This document shows positions 1-13,308 of a DNA stretch of 35,786 nucleotides, piece after piece. The stretch lies in contig MU006106.1 of the NCBI GenBank assembly GCA_010093705.1, positions 585,086 to 620,871 on the forward strand, given 5' to 3'. This DNA comes from Patellaria atrata CBS 101060. Taxonomy: Eukaryota. A program made the translations under genes and the position numbers. The number at the start of each line of letters is the position of its first letter. The stretch's first letter is position 1. A model generated the notes under the pieces. The model had not been told where the DNA came from. It ran no database searches and saw only the letters and a program-made list of their open reading frames with translations.

Positions 1-1677
1 GAAGGTAATCTAGTTGAGATCATAGAGAGTTCCATTGGAAGGCCTGGTGAGACAAATTAATCCGACCTTCCTAAGCATTGATCGACGTAAGCAGCTTTTT
101 GAGTCTGCTATCCATGCGCAAGGTAATGATACGGTAGCTGTGGCCTTACAAGAACACCTGACTCACGAAAGGTTCCGTCACTGCCACACTGTAACCAGAA
201 CTTCTGGTGTCGCATTGACGACTCGGCTATGAATGCCTATCGACCAGAATCTGGGTACGGTACGGTAGATGGGGTCGAACTAACTCCCCGCATTGAGATC
301 TAAATCTGCCGGTTTAAAGTTTGAAACCAAGTGCTGCATCTTGAAAAAACACTGTTCTTATAGATGTTCGTTGATGATATTGCTATAATTTGATGAGTTA
401 TGAGCTTATTAACCTAGGATTGGACGGACATCGCGGTCGCTCCCGGTCCTGTAGAACGAAGCTTGGACAATCTGATGGCATTTGATATTTCGCATTATCA
501 TAGCAGTAGCTTGTGAGACAAACTACCGTAACCGGGGGCTTATTTGCTAGTTATTGGACGCCCAAGGATGTCTGGATAGAATAGTACGAAACGCACTTCT
601 TCACTGGGGAGTAGGGACCGACATACTTGATAGATTCTACGCAGGATGAGCTTCTGCAAGCCGTTTTGTGAAGGTGTGAACAAGAGAATTGGCAGCAACT
701 AGAAAGGATTCCAGCTTACTCTACTGCAGGGAGACCAAAGTTTGCAGACTCACACGTGTTTGCGTATCGGTTGATAAGTTTCAACGCCAGTTGTCATTCT
801 TTGCATAGCTAGTGAGTCGCACCAGAACGAATCGGTTGCTTGCGGTTTCTGTGTAAGGTCATGATGTCTCTTGGTCCTTATGTGAGAATGTGAGTAACGA
901 TGCTGAAACTTTGATCATCGGGAGGTTGAAGAACGGAAGGTAAAAGACATATCCGACAAGATTTGTAGTGGTTTTTGGACGCACTCGACGCGTCTATGAA
1001 CACCACTTGGCCGTTCATCAGATCTTCAAATTCTGCCATTTTCCTACAGGGTAGTAGATGAGTAAATTGTCATGATTGGTCAAAATATTCGGCAGATGCA
1101 GAATTATGTAGAATAAACGTGGCAGCCACTCATTGCTTTTGGAAATGGCAACGGTATGGGTATTTTGGCAAATCAGCAATAAGAATTATTGCGATTTTAT
1201 ATCATTTTAGCATGATTTACTCCACACTCAGGAGTAAAGACTAGACAGGCCCAAGGACTTTTGACGATGAACAGCCGGATAGAGTTCTTGATGAGAGACA
1301 GCGAGGAGTCGTGAAGTAACTACTGCCGGTTATTGATGTCTCGACGATAGGCTTGTTTCATGATATGTATTGTACTCCCAATTGTGCCTTCACGGCGCGA
1401 ATTCCACCAAAAGGAGTAATCCGTTATGCTGTCTCAATACTTTCGTGAACGCAATTCGCCCTGGTTACTGGGTCTCTTTTTCGGTGACTTGTGCTGTACC
1501 GCGCTATTGAGGTCTCAATTATCACCCATTCCTATGTCCTATGCGGATGGTATAGTACAGTATATAGTCTGCCTTGACGATTCGATACGTAGAAATAAGT
1601 GTTGGCTTGACACCGTTGATGTATGACTTGATTCATGAGTTGTCCTAGAGATTTAAAGAGTTCCTAAAGGTCGTAGG

Positions 1678-1762
1678 GCCAAGGGGCGTTTTGGGGCCAC
1701 CTTTTGGCGTGATGGGGCCAAGTGGGCGTCCCTGGCGGTACCTTGCTTTGGCTCTCCTTGGC
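1678..1762. promoter_or_regulatory. Cluster of four GCCARG (PacC/Rim101-type) motifs upstream of the Sec7-PH gene
   Basis: GCCAAG at 1678-1683 and 1717-1722; reverse-complement CCTGGC at 1731-1736 and CTTGGC at 1757-1762; about 430-510 bp upstream of ATG 2192. Motif match only. Confidence 0.3.
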
Positions 1763-2191
1763 CGATCTTTTTGGGTCATTCCCCTGTCTCGCTCGCTCTC
1801 CTGAAACTGAAACACCACGCTCGCTTCTTTTTTGGAGAGAGTGAACTGTCACTCCACTACCCCATATCCCACTGTGCTCCCACCGTCCCGATCGATGTTG
1901 TTGTTGACCTCGTCCGGTGCACACAGCAGTTGACAGGACCGAGAGGACGATAACGGGCAATTCCATTCTCCTTAGATCTTTGGACTACCCTCAACGAATT
2001 CCTAGGATCCTGTAACACCTATACTCTATGACCCGAGCTCCACGGACAACCACATTTTCTAATCTTTCCCCTCGTTTGCCTGAATGGACAGTATAGCTCC
2101 TAATCCGCACCATTGGAGTACCCTATCCAAAGAATCCCCCATTATACGACAATCCGGGCAGCAGCCAAAGTAACACTGCCTGCGTGTAACT

Positions 2192-5100
2192 ATGGCCGCC
2201 AACGGGCACCCGCGAGACGAATCTCCTCCGTCAACTCCCCGGTTGCAAAAGGGTAAGATGCCTAAGTCCTTAATCACTCAGGATTACGGCCAGCAGACAT
2301 TTTTCGAAGATGTGACTCCTGTGGACTATCGCAGCTCTCGGGATTCGCATGATTTGTCCTTGGGTGCCGGCACACGCGACTCTGTTGTGGACAATATGTT
2401 GCTTTCTCTAGACCAGATATTGCCCGGCGGAGGTATGTTTGGTGGTGCTCAAGAAGTCCTTTACTCGGCGTATGATCACGAGGACGTCTTCACAGCAAAC
2501 GGTCACCAAGGCAACCAAGCTACCTCGCATCCGAGCCGACACCGCGGTCACACGTACACATCCAGTTTTTCTTCTGATTACGATCCACATTACGAAGACA
2601 GATTCTCGCGAAATCAATCGAGAGAAAGACGCAGCAACAGCAGCTCGAACATTCCGACCAATATAAGGAAGACGGAATTGACGCGAGGTGCAAGTTTGGG
2701 CTCGGTGCGGGTGAGCAACGACACAATCAGAAAAGGCTACGACAACAAAGGCACAACACATTCTCGAGGTGGCACGAAGAAGGGTAGTAAGAGCAGCGGA
2801 TCCTCGAGCGTGGATTACGGCCATAGTGTAGCAGCGCGCACGAGTCGACTTGGAAATCGCTCACAGAGCTTTGATCACACTTTCGAACATAGGATGATCA
2901 GCAGCTCGCCGGTGAAATTGACGCAGTCGTCAATCCTGGACAGAGGGCGCCCATCACCGCTCACATACAATAGCTACGACGCAGCGCCGACTCCGACTGT
3001 CCCTGCAGGCCCCCGTAGATACCAGGAATCTCCAGCATCTTCCCCAATGTATCCCCCACAACCGTCATATCCGCCTCCTAAAGCACCAGGTTCGTCGCGT
3101 CGAGATAGCATCAAATCTCCAACAAACAAAGGACCATGGAAAAGCAAATCTGACACGGTAGACCAATCAATGAGAAGCCAGGCAAACGACTTCTTTAATG
3201 CAGCTAACTTTAGAGACTTACCTCCGCTGCCCGGATTTATCGACCCACCAGCTCCTAGCCCAACAGTAGCTACCAGAAAACCGTCCATGGTGGCCCCATC
3301 TCCCGCAAATCCGCCTAAAGATCGGCACGGCTTTTTCAGGCGACTTTTTGGTTCATCTCGCCATGATGGTCCATTTCACACTACAGCCCCAACGTATAGT
3401 GATATGCCCGTTCCGCCACAAATTCTCCCTCAAACGTCACATTCGTATGCAGGCAGTCGTCCTAAAACTCAAACTGGTCAGAATCATATCGCTGCTCAGA
3501 TGAAGTCCTCGCCAGGGGGACCTTTCCAACAATCTGGCTCAGACCAAAAGGAGAAACAACGACCCGCTACCACTCCTACACTACACAAGAAACAGTCTTT
3601 CTTTCGACGACGCAAGAAATCCTTCGTGGAAGAGAGCTCACCGCCCCCTGTACCTGACCTCCCCCCACCACTACGAATTAGTGATGTTTTGCCACAACAG
3701 AGTGCATCCACCAGTAGCTTACGAAAGGTGATGGATCCTTTCTTTGCTGATCACGGAAGTCCAACAGATGTAACACCGAGAGAAGCATATTTCGACAGCC
3801 GTGAGCATCAGCTCACCATGGAGGAGGCTATAAAGGAAGGCCATTCGTGGGATCCCCTTCAAGGGTTCTCCCCGGGCTATATTCCTCATCACGATGCTAA
3901 AGTGCGTACTGTTCGTCCAGTATCACGAGAGATGCAAAAAAGTGGTCCTACTTCCAACGTCGAACCAGTTATGATATCGCATGCCGGTACGACAGATAGT
4001 CCAAAGTTCAAACTGAAAGTCAAACGGGGTCGTGTCAATCCTGTAATGCACGATGATACCTTCCTGGCAGATAGCAGTGGCAATGAGGACAAGAGTGGAG
4101 GACCTTCACCTGCAGCAAGAAGCCCAACGCTACCAAAACCTGCGCAGGAGAGACGTCCAAGTACCAGTCCAACATCTCCCCCTTACACTATGCACAATGC
4201 GGAAAATACCCCCCTACCACGGAAAGCTAACATCGGTGAAAAGAGGTCGGAGCTTTTGAGCCCTACGACACGCGAAGTTCCGAAGACATCCTCGTCAACA
4301 GATTTTGAGGATGACGGCTGGGTTATCACCACACCCTCAAAGAATGTATCCTCAGAGAGAGGTGCTGCGGGAAAGCAGCACCGCGTATGGCTAGAGGCTA
4401 CATCATCTGAAGAGAATTTGGCAAAGCCCGATTTACTTGCTTTACCCTTAGAAGGTGCTCGAACTTCGGACAAAGCTGTCGTAGCTGGAGACGAACCGTC
4501 TCCAACCAGTGCCAGTGATGTATTTCAGTCAGCTACTAGTCTTCCAGTAGTGCAGGTTGAAGGGGATGAAGTTTCAGAGACTGCAGATGGCACAGCTGAG
4601 GATGAAAATGAGCCCACTCCTGAGGACCGCGAGAGAGCTCAGAAAATCTATGATGGTGATGAGGAGTTCATCACGAAGGACCGAGTAACAGCTTGGCTTG
4701 GTGAGACAACAGTCACAAGCTCCAGGACTCGTAAAGCTTACCTTGAGTTGTACGACTTTAATGGTCTCAATATTCTCTCTTCTTTGAGGGAACTATGCAG
4801 TAAACTTGTTTTAAAGGCGGAGACGCAGCAGCTGGATCGCGTGGTAACAGACTTCTCCCGCCGATGGTGCGCTTGCAACCCTAACCACGGCTTCAAGGAT
4901 GAAGACGTTGTACACACAATCTGCTTTTCTCTTCTACTTCTCAACACCGACCTACACGTCGCATCTCAAGATACAAAGATGACGCGGCAAACCTATGTCA
5001 AAAATACGACTCCCACCCTCGTTTCAACTGTGCGCACAGCTATGCGCTTCGCAGCTCTTGAATCAGCCCATGAAACGGCCCGAGACATTGGCAATCAGGG

Positions 5101-6975
5101 AAGGAGCTCGATTGCCCGGACCGGTCCATCATCATCGGGTCCCAGCTCTCCGACGTTGCCGCAGAACGTTGATGAAGGGAAACCATCTCTAGAGAAAAAG
5201 CGGTCTCGAAATCGGCTTTCGATTCGGCCACTAACTCATCGTAACGATTCGGATGGAGCAAACCCAGACTCTGCCGCTTTAGATGGTTGTAACATTCTCG
5301 TCAACGCTCCACATGAGGGATCGCTGCGAAGCTGGGAATTCCAAATCGAGATTGTGTTGAAAGAGCACTATAACTCAATCAAAAACCAGCCTCTCCCGTT
5401 ACATGGTGTGACGGAAAAGCGCTTGCTCGAACAACGGTCGAACAACAACCTCTCGGTCATGACGGGCACCTTCCTAAGGCGGAGTCCCAGTGTCCTCAGC
5501 AAAGCTCCTTCCGATAGCATCAGCTTCCAGGGCCGGTCATCCGAATTGCGCAGCGCCTCTAGTCGATGGCAGAAGAATCGTTCTCGCCCAAGATTTTATC
5601 CATCCTCGACGATGGGTTCCAGTCGCACCAGCCTCGACGAAGCTTCGGTTTGGAGTCCAACCGGTTCAAGCTCTTGGAGCAAATATTCTTTCGGCAAGAC
5701 GCAACCTTCTTCCATGTCTGTCGATTCCTTCGGCTCACAGTTCACCACCGGCGATTACCAGCAGTCAATCGGATTTGCTAACGCCCTTAGCCACGCCATC
5801 ACCCGCGATGAGGCAAATGCTGCAGCACCGAAAGACGAAGATTTCATGCGTGTCGCACCTCTTCTCGATGATGAGAGCTTGGAGTTGGCAGGTGCTCCTT
5901 GGGCTAAGGAAGGCATCCTCAAGCACAAACATCACATAGCAGCTGGAAATAGGAAAGCCAAAGACCGTAATTGGAATGAGCGTTTTGCGGTGATCGAAAA
6001 AGGATGGATGCGTCTGTTTTCCTTCAATGCCAACTCAAAATCTTTGCGACTCAAATCAAAATTGAGACCAGCTGGAGGTGTCGTGGGAGGCGGTAATTGG
6101 ACCGAAAATGCCGAGTCCTTGAATCAATTCTTGCTGAGGCATGCTCACGCCAGCGCCCTCCCACCTCCTGGTTGTTCCAAATCCCGCCCTCATGTATTTG
6201 CATTAACTTTCCCAGATGGAGCCATCCATCTTTTTCAGGTCGGCACCCCAGAGATCGTCAAAGAGTTCGTCTCAACGGCGAATTACTGGGCCGCACGCCT
6301 GTCCAAAGAACCGTTAGTTGGAGGCGTCAGCAATATCGAATATGGTTGGAGCGAGAATGTCATCAACATGGCATTGATCCGTCCAGAAAGCGAAACACGC
6401 TCTGGCAGAGCTCATTCTAATAGTCTTATCCTCCAAGGACGTCCGAGCTTGCAAAACTCCATCCGTAACTCTGTGGATCAGGCTACTGGTGGATCTACTG
6501 TACGTGCAAGACTCCCGGGTGACAAGGTCAATATTACTCGGTGGGATCCACCGCAGCCGAGCGTAATGGCTAGCACTTTAATGGAAGTCGATCAGCTGAA
6601 GACGTTGACCGATCATGTAGTTAATCTTAAAGATGAACTCACGAAGCACAACGAGCTTCTAGCGCCTATGCAGATTGCTGTATGTATAATACTTGTATCC
6701 CAAGCTTACCTTACCACGAAACTAACTCCTCATAGTTCTCACCTCGACACCCCAATTCCACGAAAGCAATGACCAACTGGCAGAAGAAGTCTCATCACCT
6801 GCTCAGGGAGATCGTTAGGTTCAGCACTTACGTCGATGCATTAAATCTTGCTCAGACCACCAAGGAGAAGATCTACGCGACTCGGCCTACGACCGCGGAT
6901 GGCAATACTGATGCTGACGCCAATGCAAGTAAGGAGGAGCATGATGATTTTGTGTCTGTTGGACCGGCGACGTAA
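2192..6975 (+). CDS. Sec7 + PH domain Arf guanine-nucleotide exchange factor (Syt1/Yel1-like); exons 2192-6679, 6736-6975
   Basis: Sec7 motifs LRELCSKLVLKAETQQLDRV (catalytic Glu) and VHTICFSLLLLNTDLH; PH domain KEGILKHKHH...RNWNERFAVIEKG...EFVSTANYWAARLSKEPL. A 56-nt intron GTATGT...ACTAAC...CATAG (6680-6735) joins the ORF in frame to FSPRHPNSTKAMTNWQKKS... Confidence 0.9.
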
Positions 6976-7973
6976 CCAGTCCATCCTTGACAACGTTGAT
7001 TTTCCTTTGTTATATCCTGGGTTGTATGGCTGGGATTCCCCCTTTCTTGAGAGGCTTTGGTTCCCGTTTTCACTTCCCTTCTTTTCTCTCCAAAATGGCG
7101 TATTGGCGTATCCGAAGGAGTCGGTGGTGATTTATTACCCCCATCTTGGAGCCAACTATCGACTGCTCCCTTCAGTTCTGGACTCTTCCCCGGATTTCTC
7201 TTTTAGGACTCATAATAGGCGTGCGGATGCGCGCTGGCGATTTTCTTACCCCCCTCGGCTTCTCACTTCTCTTTCTCAACATCCCGTGGACCTCTTTTTC
7301 TCTTGTCATTGGAGGAGTTAACCGTGCATGGAAAACGATCGAATGGCTTGTACGTAAATACACTTTACACGATCACCTCCCTCATTTTCTCTTTCTCTCT
7401 ACTGCTTTACATAGGGCGGTGCAAGCGCTGTAGGATAGGATAGGATTGCTTGCTTTGAATTGGGTGGGTGTTCGTGCGGTTTATTCAATACCCTATGGGT
7501 GATCTTGACGGAATGATTCAAAATGGAGAGCTGGTCTAATATGGATCTGAATTGAACTGAATTGAACTTGCTATGTTCTGAAGCGTGTCTTGAATTGTGA
7601 CGTGCTACTACCTGTACGGCATATATTCTACATCCTCGACCGTGAGATACATCCATGATCGACTGTCGATCCTTCAATCTCGACTTCAATGGTCCGTTGT
7701 TTGATGTTCCTATATTAGGTTCCTGCCCATATCGTGTAGGATGCTCAAGCGAATGAGCACAGAAAGAGGGTTAGTATCAAACACATGTAGTTTGGGTGAC
7801 CAGAGTATTAGGTGGCATTGAGTTCGCGTAGGAGAAAGAAATCCATTTCATAGAATTTATAGGTTAACAGCTATATATTTTCCTTAATCATCTCTCATAA
7901 GCAAGTCCCAAGAGACCTACTGGGGGAAAGTTCCAGGTAGGCAGGGAAAGAAGACCGTGTTGGCGGTAAAACT

Positions 7974-8754
7974 CTACGCTTTCTTCTTTCCCCTCGTCTT
8001 CTTAGGGCCACCTGCGGCTGCCTCTCTCATCCTCTGCTCCCTAGCCATCTGCTCAGCCTTGCTCTTTTCCTGTTCGGCCCTCTCCTCAGCTTCAGCCTTC
8101 TTCCTCGCCGCTTCGGCTTCCCGCCTCTCCCTAACCAACCTCAGTCTCTCCAGATCGGCTCGGGCTTCCTCCGTTTTGCCCTCAGCATGCAACTTCTGAT
8201 AGCGCTCCTTCGCCTGCTGCGCCTGCAGAGCTTCCCTCTCCCTCCTCGAAAGCTGACTAACATCCTTCTTCTTATCGCCGCTCGCCTCCGCTACAACCGG
8301 CGCCTTCGAAGCCTGATTCCGCGCCGCAGCGGTATGGTTGGGGTTCGCGGGCGCATCATTCTCGTCTTCGTCTTCCTCCTCCGACGATGTAGGCAGATCG
8401 CCCGGCGCAGCGACCTTCTGCTTCTGCTTCGCGATGGCGGCTTCTTTGCGGGCTTTAGCCAGTTTCTTCCGCTCCTCGCGGGTCATTTCGGGTTTCTCTC
8501 CGTCGTCTGAGGATTCGTCTTCGTCGTCTTCTTCCTCCTCCTCTGAGGATTCTTCGGCTACTTTATCGGCTGGGTCCGCCCACATCCCTAGGACTTCGCC
8601 GTCGGCGTTGAGGGGTTGCAGGTCTCTGCTGAAGTGCTTGCCGCCTGGTGTCGAGTTAGAAGGTGGATTGTGAGGGTGTGGAATGGGACTAACCTCCGCG
8701 TTTTGGTTTGCTGAATTTGCCCCCGCGGCCGCGAGCGGATGAGGAGGAAGTCAT
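7974..8754 (-). CDS. PP28/PDAP1-like (casein kinase substrate phosphoprotein) protein; exons 8754-8694, 8644-7974
   Basis: Family motif [48 protein letters not shown]-terminal [22 protein letters not shown] is restored by a 49-nt intron GTTAGT...CTAAC...CAG (8693-8645). Confidence 0.85.
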
Positions 8755-9404
8755 GATTTCAGTATCGGGTGATATTCTTTGTCGTACGGTATAGGTACCA
8801 CTAAGGGGTTGTGGGTCGATGCGGGGTGCAGTCGATGGTAAAAGACGGACGTAAGGAGTGGGAACGGTGAGCAACTCGAAGGTCTTATAAGGAATTTGTA
8901 TTCTGGTGAACCTATAAGTCAAAAACTAGGTATCCAAGTTAAGTGTATAAGGTCAAATAGGTAGTCTGTCAAGGTGGAGCATGTAGAAGTCTTTGTGTTC
9001 GTTAGGCGCTGTGCCCCGCCATGAATGGGCGTTCAGAACGGATCTGATAATTGCCCGCACAATGACTGGTTAAGCAAGATGAGCAGGGCCCCCTGGATAC
9101 CGAAGTTATCCCGGTTCATATATTTTCTCTGCAGGCTCGGTGCAAAGCTCCTTTGACCTCCATACATAAAACTTACAACCCTTCATATTCACTCCGGAAT
9201 CTTCGTCTATAGATTACTGGAGGGGAAAGTGGAGGGGAGAGCGAAATCCGTCAGCTTACCCCTCGATCTTTAGATGTAGTGGAGTTTGAGGAAATTTTTC
9301 TTGACGGGATATACTGTTTCTTTCTGTTTGAATACATCCTAAAGGCAACTGAGATGATGAATCTTATTAGCCTACTACTATGGGAAGCTTTGCTGGGACC
9401 TCTT

Positions 9405-10191
9405 CTATTTTTTTACATACTCCTGCACCGCTGCAACAACCTCATTCAAACCCCGTACAGTGACCGTCGGTTTTCCAGCCTCTCCTTCTATCAACTGATC
9501 CTGCCATCCGAGCCCAGCTCGATCTACCCATGCAGCATTCATACCGACCGACCTCGCTCCAGTAATATCGAATGGGTTCCCACTCACCAACCACACGTCT
9601 CTTACACTCTCTTGACTCTTCCCTACCTTCTTAATCAGGGCGTGGTATACCGAGGGATCAGGCTTGAAACGCTTCTGGTCCTCGACCACCACAATACCTT
9701 TGAATACTCCAGCGTAGGGGGATAAGTCTTGGGACTTATATACCGAGTTGGAGACCATAGAATGAGTTCCATTAGAAAAGACAACTGCAGTGATACCGGG
9801 AGCGTTGGAAAGCGCCTCCAATCCAGGCCCTACATCAGGGAACGTAGATAGAGAGTCATAAGCTTGCATCACTTCATCGAGTCTGCCCTGGTCAAGCTCG
9901 GCACCAGACTCCTTCAACGCATGCTTCAGCGAGCGGAGTGTGACCGCAGAGAAGGGCTCATATAGGTCTGTTCGGACGTAAATAGAGAACCCATCTGTCT
10001 AGATAGCGGGAAGAGGTACTCATGCTGTTCAACCGCCATGTGTACTCCAATTGATACTTCCTCCATGTCGTCGCGATCGTTTTTGCCTTCTCTTCTCCCA
10101 AATGGTTTGCTAGTTTCTTTGCGATGGACTCGGTGGACAGAAGGGTCCCGTAAGCATCGAATGCTAAGACGATGCCACTTTGCGAAGCCAT
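9405..10191 (-). CDS. Haloacid dehalogenase type II (HAD superfamily); exons 10191-10020, 9967-9405
   Basis: Motif I AFDAYGTLL, WRKYQLEYTW, FSNGT, KRFKPDPSVY and LVSGNPFDITGARSVGM; a 52-nt GT-AG intron (10019-9968) joins the two ORF-track pieces in frame. Confidence 0.9.
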
Positions 10192-10574
10192 GATATCAAC
10201 ACGAAATTAAGATTCTAGTGTAAGTAGGAGGTGAACTTGTCCATTCCCCCACAACTGAACGGACCAAGTGGTGGTCCATATGTGAACCGAAAGAAGCCGT
10301 ATGCGCCATTGGCCCTGCGGTCATGACGTTCAGGCCGGCGGGGAGCTCCTCAACTCAACCCCTGCAGCTGAGCATCCGTATATGTATCACCGCTCCCATC
10401 CTACAAATACGCCTCCTCACCTTCAAAGTTCACTCAGAGCTATGGAAGTTTCTAGCCATGTAAACTGTAGAGAAACTGGCGTATTCTAGGTAGCAGCATA
10501 AACATCCATTGGCTATATATATCTCGCTTTTGCGCCCTTAATTGTGCGTTACCGACATCAGTTACACATTCACT

Positions 10575-11431
10575 ATGATCTCGCCAGAAGAAGAAGCGAA
10601 TTATGATATATTCCGTGACTGCCTCTCTAACCTCGTGATGCGGAAACTGGCTGTGCCGGAACGGTCACCCCGTAAGAAACGAGGTCCGAAGGGGAGGAAA
10701 GCTCCCGATGCGCCTGTTGAGCACGTTCGGGAGACAAGGCAGGAGACGGAAATTGCAGATGACCTGGGGGATTTCATAGATGTAGGGACTACCCCCTAGT
10801 CACATACGAATACTCCCATCTCGTCATATCCCACATACCACATCCCATCCTAACACAGGTCCAGTACCTAGCATCCGAAATCTTCCCCTCCCTACCCCTC
10901 GATCTCCGCACCCTCTCCTATTCCTCCATAAAAGCCGATTCGGCCCTCTCAACCAAGTACTCTGATCCCTTCCCACAGTCCACAATCGACAGCATCCTGA
11001 ACCCCCTTCCACCTTCCGTCACCGACTCCCTGATCTCCTACGGCTTCCTGGATGACCACCCTTCGTCGCTCTCCCAGCTCCTCGCGCCCATCTTCATCGC
11101 TTACATCGAAGCCAGCGCTGCCGCTCCGCCCGTCTGGTCCTCCACCCGCGCGTCTGCGTGCGAGATATGCGACCGCGACTGGATACCCCTGACGTACCAC
11201 CACCTGATCCCGCGGAGCACGCACGAGAGGGTGATGAAGAGGGGCTGGCACAAGGAGTGGGAGTTGGAAAAGGTGGCGTGGCTCTGCAGGGCGTGCCACA
11301 GTTTCGTGCATCGCGCGGTTGGGAACGAGGAGTTGGCGAGGGAGTTTTATTCGGTGGAGAAGCTGTTGGGACGGGAGGATGTGAAAGGGTTTGCCGGGTG
11401 GGTTAGGAGGGTAAGGTGGAAGAGTAGGTGA
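10575..11431 (+). CDS. YisB-like HNH/zinc-binding domain protein; exons 10575-10781, 10865-11431
   Basis: NYDIFRDCLS...DDLGDFID|YLASEIF; C-terminal CEICDRDWIPLTYHHLIP...LCRACHSFVH (CxxC...HH...CxxCH, HNH-like). Intron GTAGGG...CTAAC...CAG 10782-10864; an in-frame alternative acceptor exists at 10858. Confidence 0.8.
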
Positions 11432-11488
11432 ACGGGGTGGGGGTTGTAGAAAGATATGGTAGTGAATTTGATAAGGAGGTTGGGAACT

Positions 11489-13308
11489 TCAACCGACGTC
11501 TGTGAACTGGTTCGTGTTTGAGAAACTGTTACCATCTGGGTGGACAATGTAGCCAGAGTTCATTAGGTGTCGGGCGAACTCTACGTCCGCCTCTGTGCTC
11601 GTTGTCTGTGAGCTAGCCATTAAGCCTGGATCATGATTCATGGCAAGGGATGCGGATGCTGCGCTCTTAGATGGATCTGGATGCTGTAGCCTCCTTTGAA
11701 ATGGTCGATCTCTTGATGCTGGTTGACTGAAGGATGGCCCTTGGCTCAAATTCAAGTTAACGCTATTTTGGTGACGTGATGGACCTCGATCCGTCAAGTT
11801 CTGAGTTAGCGACATCAAAGAGTCGTGCGGAATCATGGAGTTATTTTGCACAGCTAAAGAGCCGTTGTTGAATGTTGGAAGAGGGTGCTGGGTAAGGGGA
11901 TTTCTGTCTTGATAAGAATGCTGCATCCCGTCCATGATTCGAGGATCGACAGCTAGGGTGAACGATGAAAAGTCCTGTGAGTTGGCTAGAGTGTGTGAGT
12001 TTTGCTCCTGGGAATTGAGGATAAGTTGTCCGTCGCCTTGTGATATGTGATCAACCGATCCGAGGTTTATAGGGGCTAAGTCCTGTTCAATAGTTGGGGT
12101 ATCAGATGCAGAGGAGTTTTGTTTCATTAAGGTAGGGCTTCGACCATTCGTGTTGCCATTTGCTGCACTGCTCATGGTACCATTTGGTCGTACGTTTTGC
12201 GTTTTTGCTAGGTCTTTGCATTCTGGGCAGTTCCTGATCACTAAGCTGACAGTTTCTTTGATGCGAACCCAATGATATTTTTCAGCGATAGTAGCAGTAG
12301 TCTTGTTGATACCTCCATGGTTTTGAACATGTATGAAACGTGATATCTCATACTGCCGTTGTGGATCTGCGATGACCTCTTTCCCCTTCAGCATCAATTT
12401 TTCCTGACCATCTTCTTCAGCAGGAATCAACTTATAGTGAGTGGCTGCACTCCGGAGTCGGCTCTTTTCTGCCCGATCAGCGCCATTCGGGTATTTACCA
12501 TGTTTTAAGTAGTACCTGATTTTATCAAATCGCTCCTCAGATACGTAGTCCTCACCCTCAGGGCCAAGGTCACGCCCATATATAATAGCATCGACCAGTT
12601 GGTCAGGATAGGACTTCAGATTGCCGCATCCCTTCACGCGACCAATTCGTTTAAACCCTAGGGCATCCCATATGCGGCATGATGCAACATTGGTCTCGTA
12701 TACGAGATTGAAGACAGAGTATGAATAGCCCTTATTCTCGGTCAGTTCACCTGTATTTACCAAATCATCTAGCTACTAACTAGTTTCGGGGCCCAGTTCA
12801 GATATTCTTCTCCCATAAGCCTGCCGACACCACGGTTACGGGCTCCATCTGTGACTATGAATCCGCCATTACACACATGGCTAGACCTGCCAGGATAGTT
12901 AGGTTTAATGTAAAAGCTACCAAGACATTGTTTTTCCCAGTCGACACCATCTCTTCCCATTTGTCTCACTTGATCGGCGTTCTGTATATCTCCCAGAAGC
13001 ATTACTGCCCCAAAGTTTGCAAACCAGTAAGGTCCAAACGCTTCCAATGGGATCGGAGCTATCATTGGATATGTATCACCCTTTTCAATCTCTTTATTTA
13101 ACATATCGCAGAGATACGATAATAAAGATAGTGGGACCTGATCGGGAGCGGAGAAAGGGACAAGAGTTGCTATCGTGATACGGTCCCGTAGCGTTACCTG
13201 ACGTGGACCAATTTCAGGAGGGAGAGCCTGGAATGGCGCAGGATATGGTGGGTCTCCGGAAATTCTATATATCACCGGAGCAGTCGGGTCATCGAGCATG
13301 GCGGGCAT
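11489..13308 (-). CDS. SPT10: Spt10-like GNAT histone acetyltransferase with H2C2 (integrase-type) zinc finger; exons 13308-12781, 12730-11489
   Basis: GSFYIKPNYPGRSSHVCNGGF, RNRGVGRLMG, WAPKL|GYSYSVFNLVYETN, WDALGFKRIGRV; H2C2 motif HVQNHGGINKTT...YHWVRIKETV...CPEC; 50-nt intron GTTAGT...CTGAC...AAG. Confidence 0.88.

Noticed and set aside
265..345. GTTCGACCCC B-box-like word on the minus strand suggesting a tRNA
   Set aside because: No T-stem or acceptor-stem pairing can be built.
1..1660. Short ORFs (35-232, 1426-1626) and a possible minus-strand exon near 161-215
   Set aside because: No recognisable domain and no convincing spliced model; treated as intergenic.
6848..7700. ORFs downstream of the Sec7-PH stop and many antisense ORFs inside genes
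   Set aside because: 3' UTR-like composition or shadows of real coding regions; no domain signatures.
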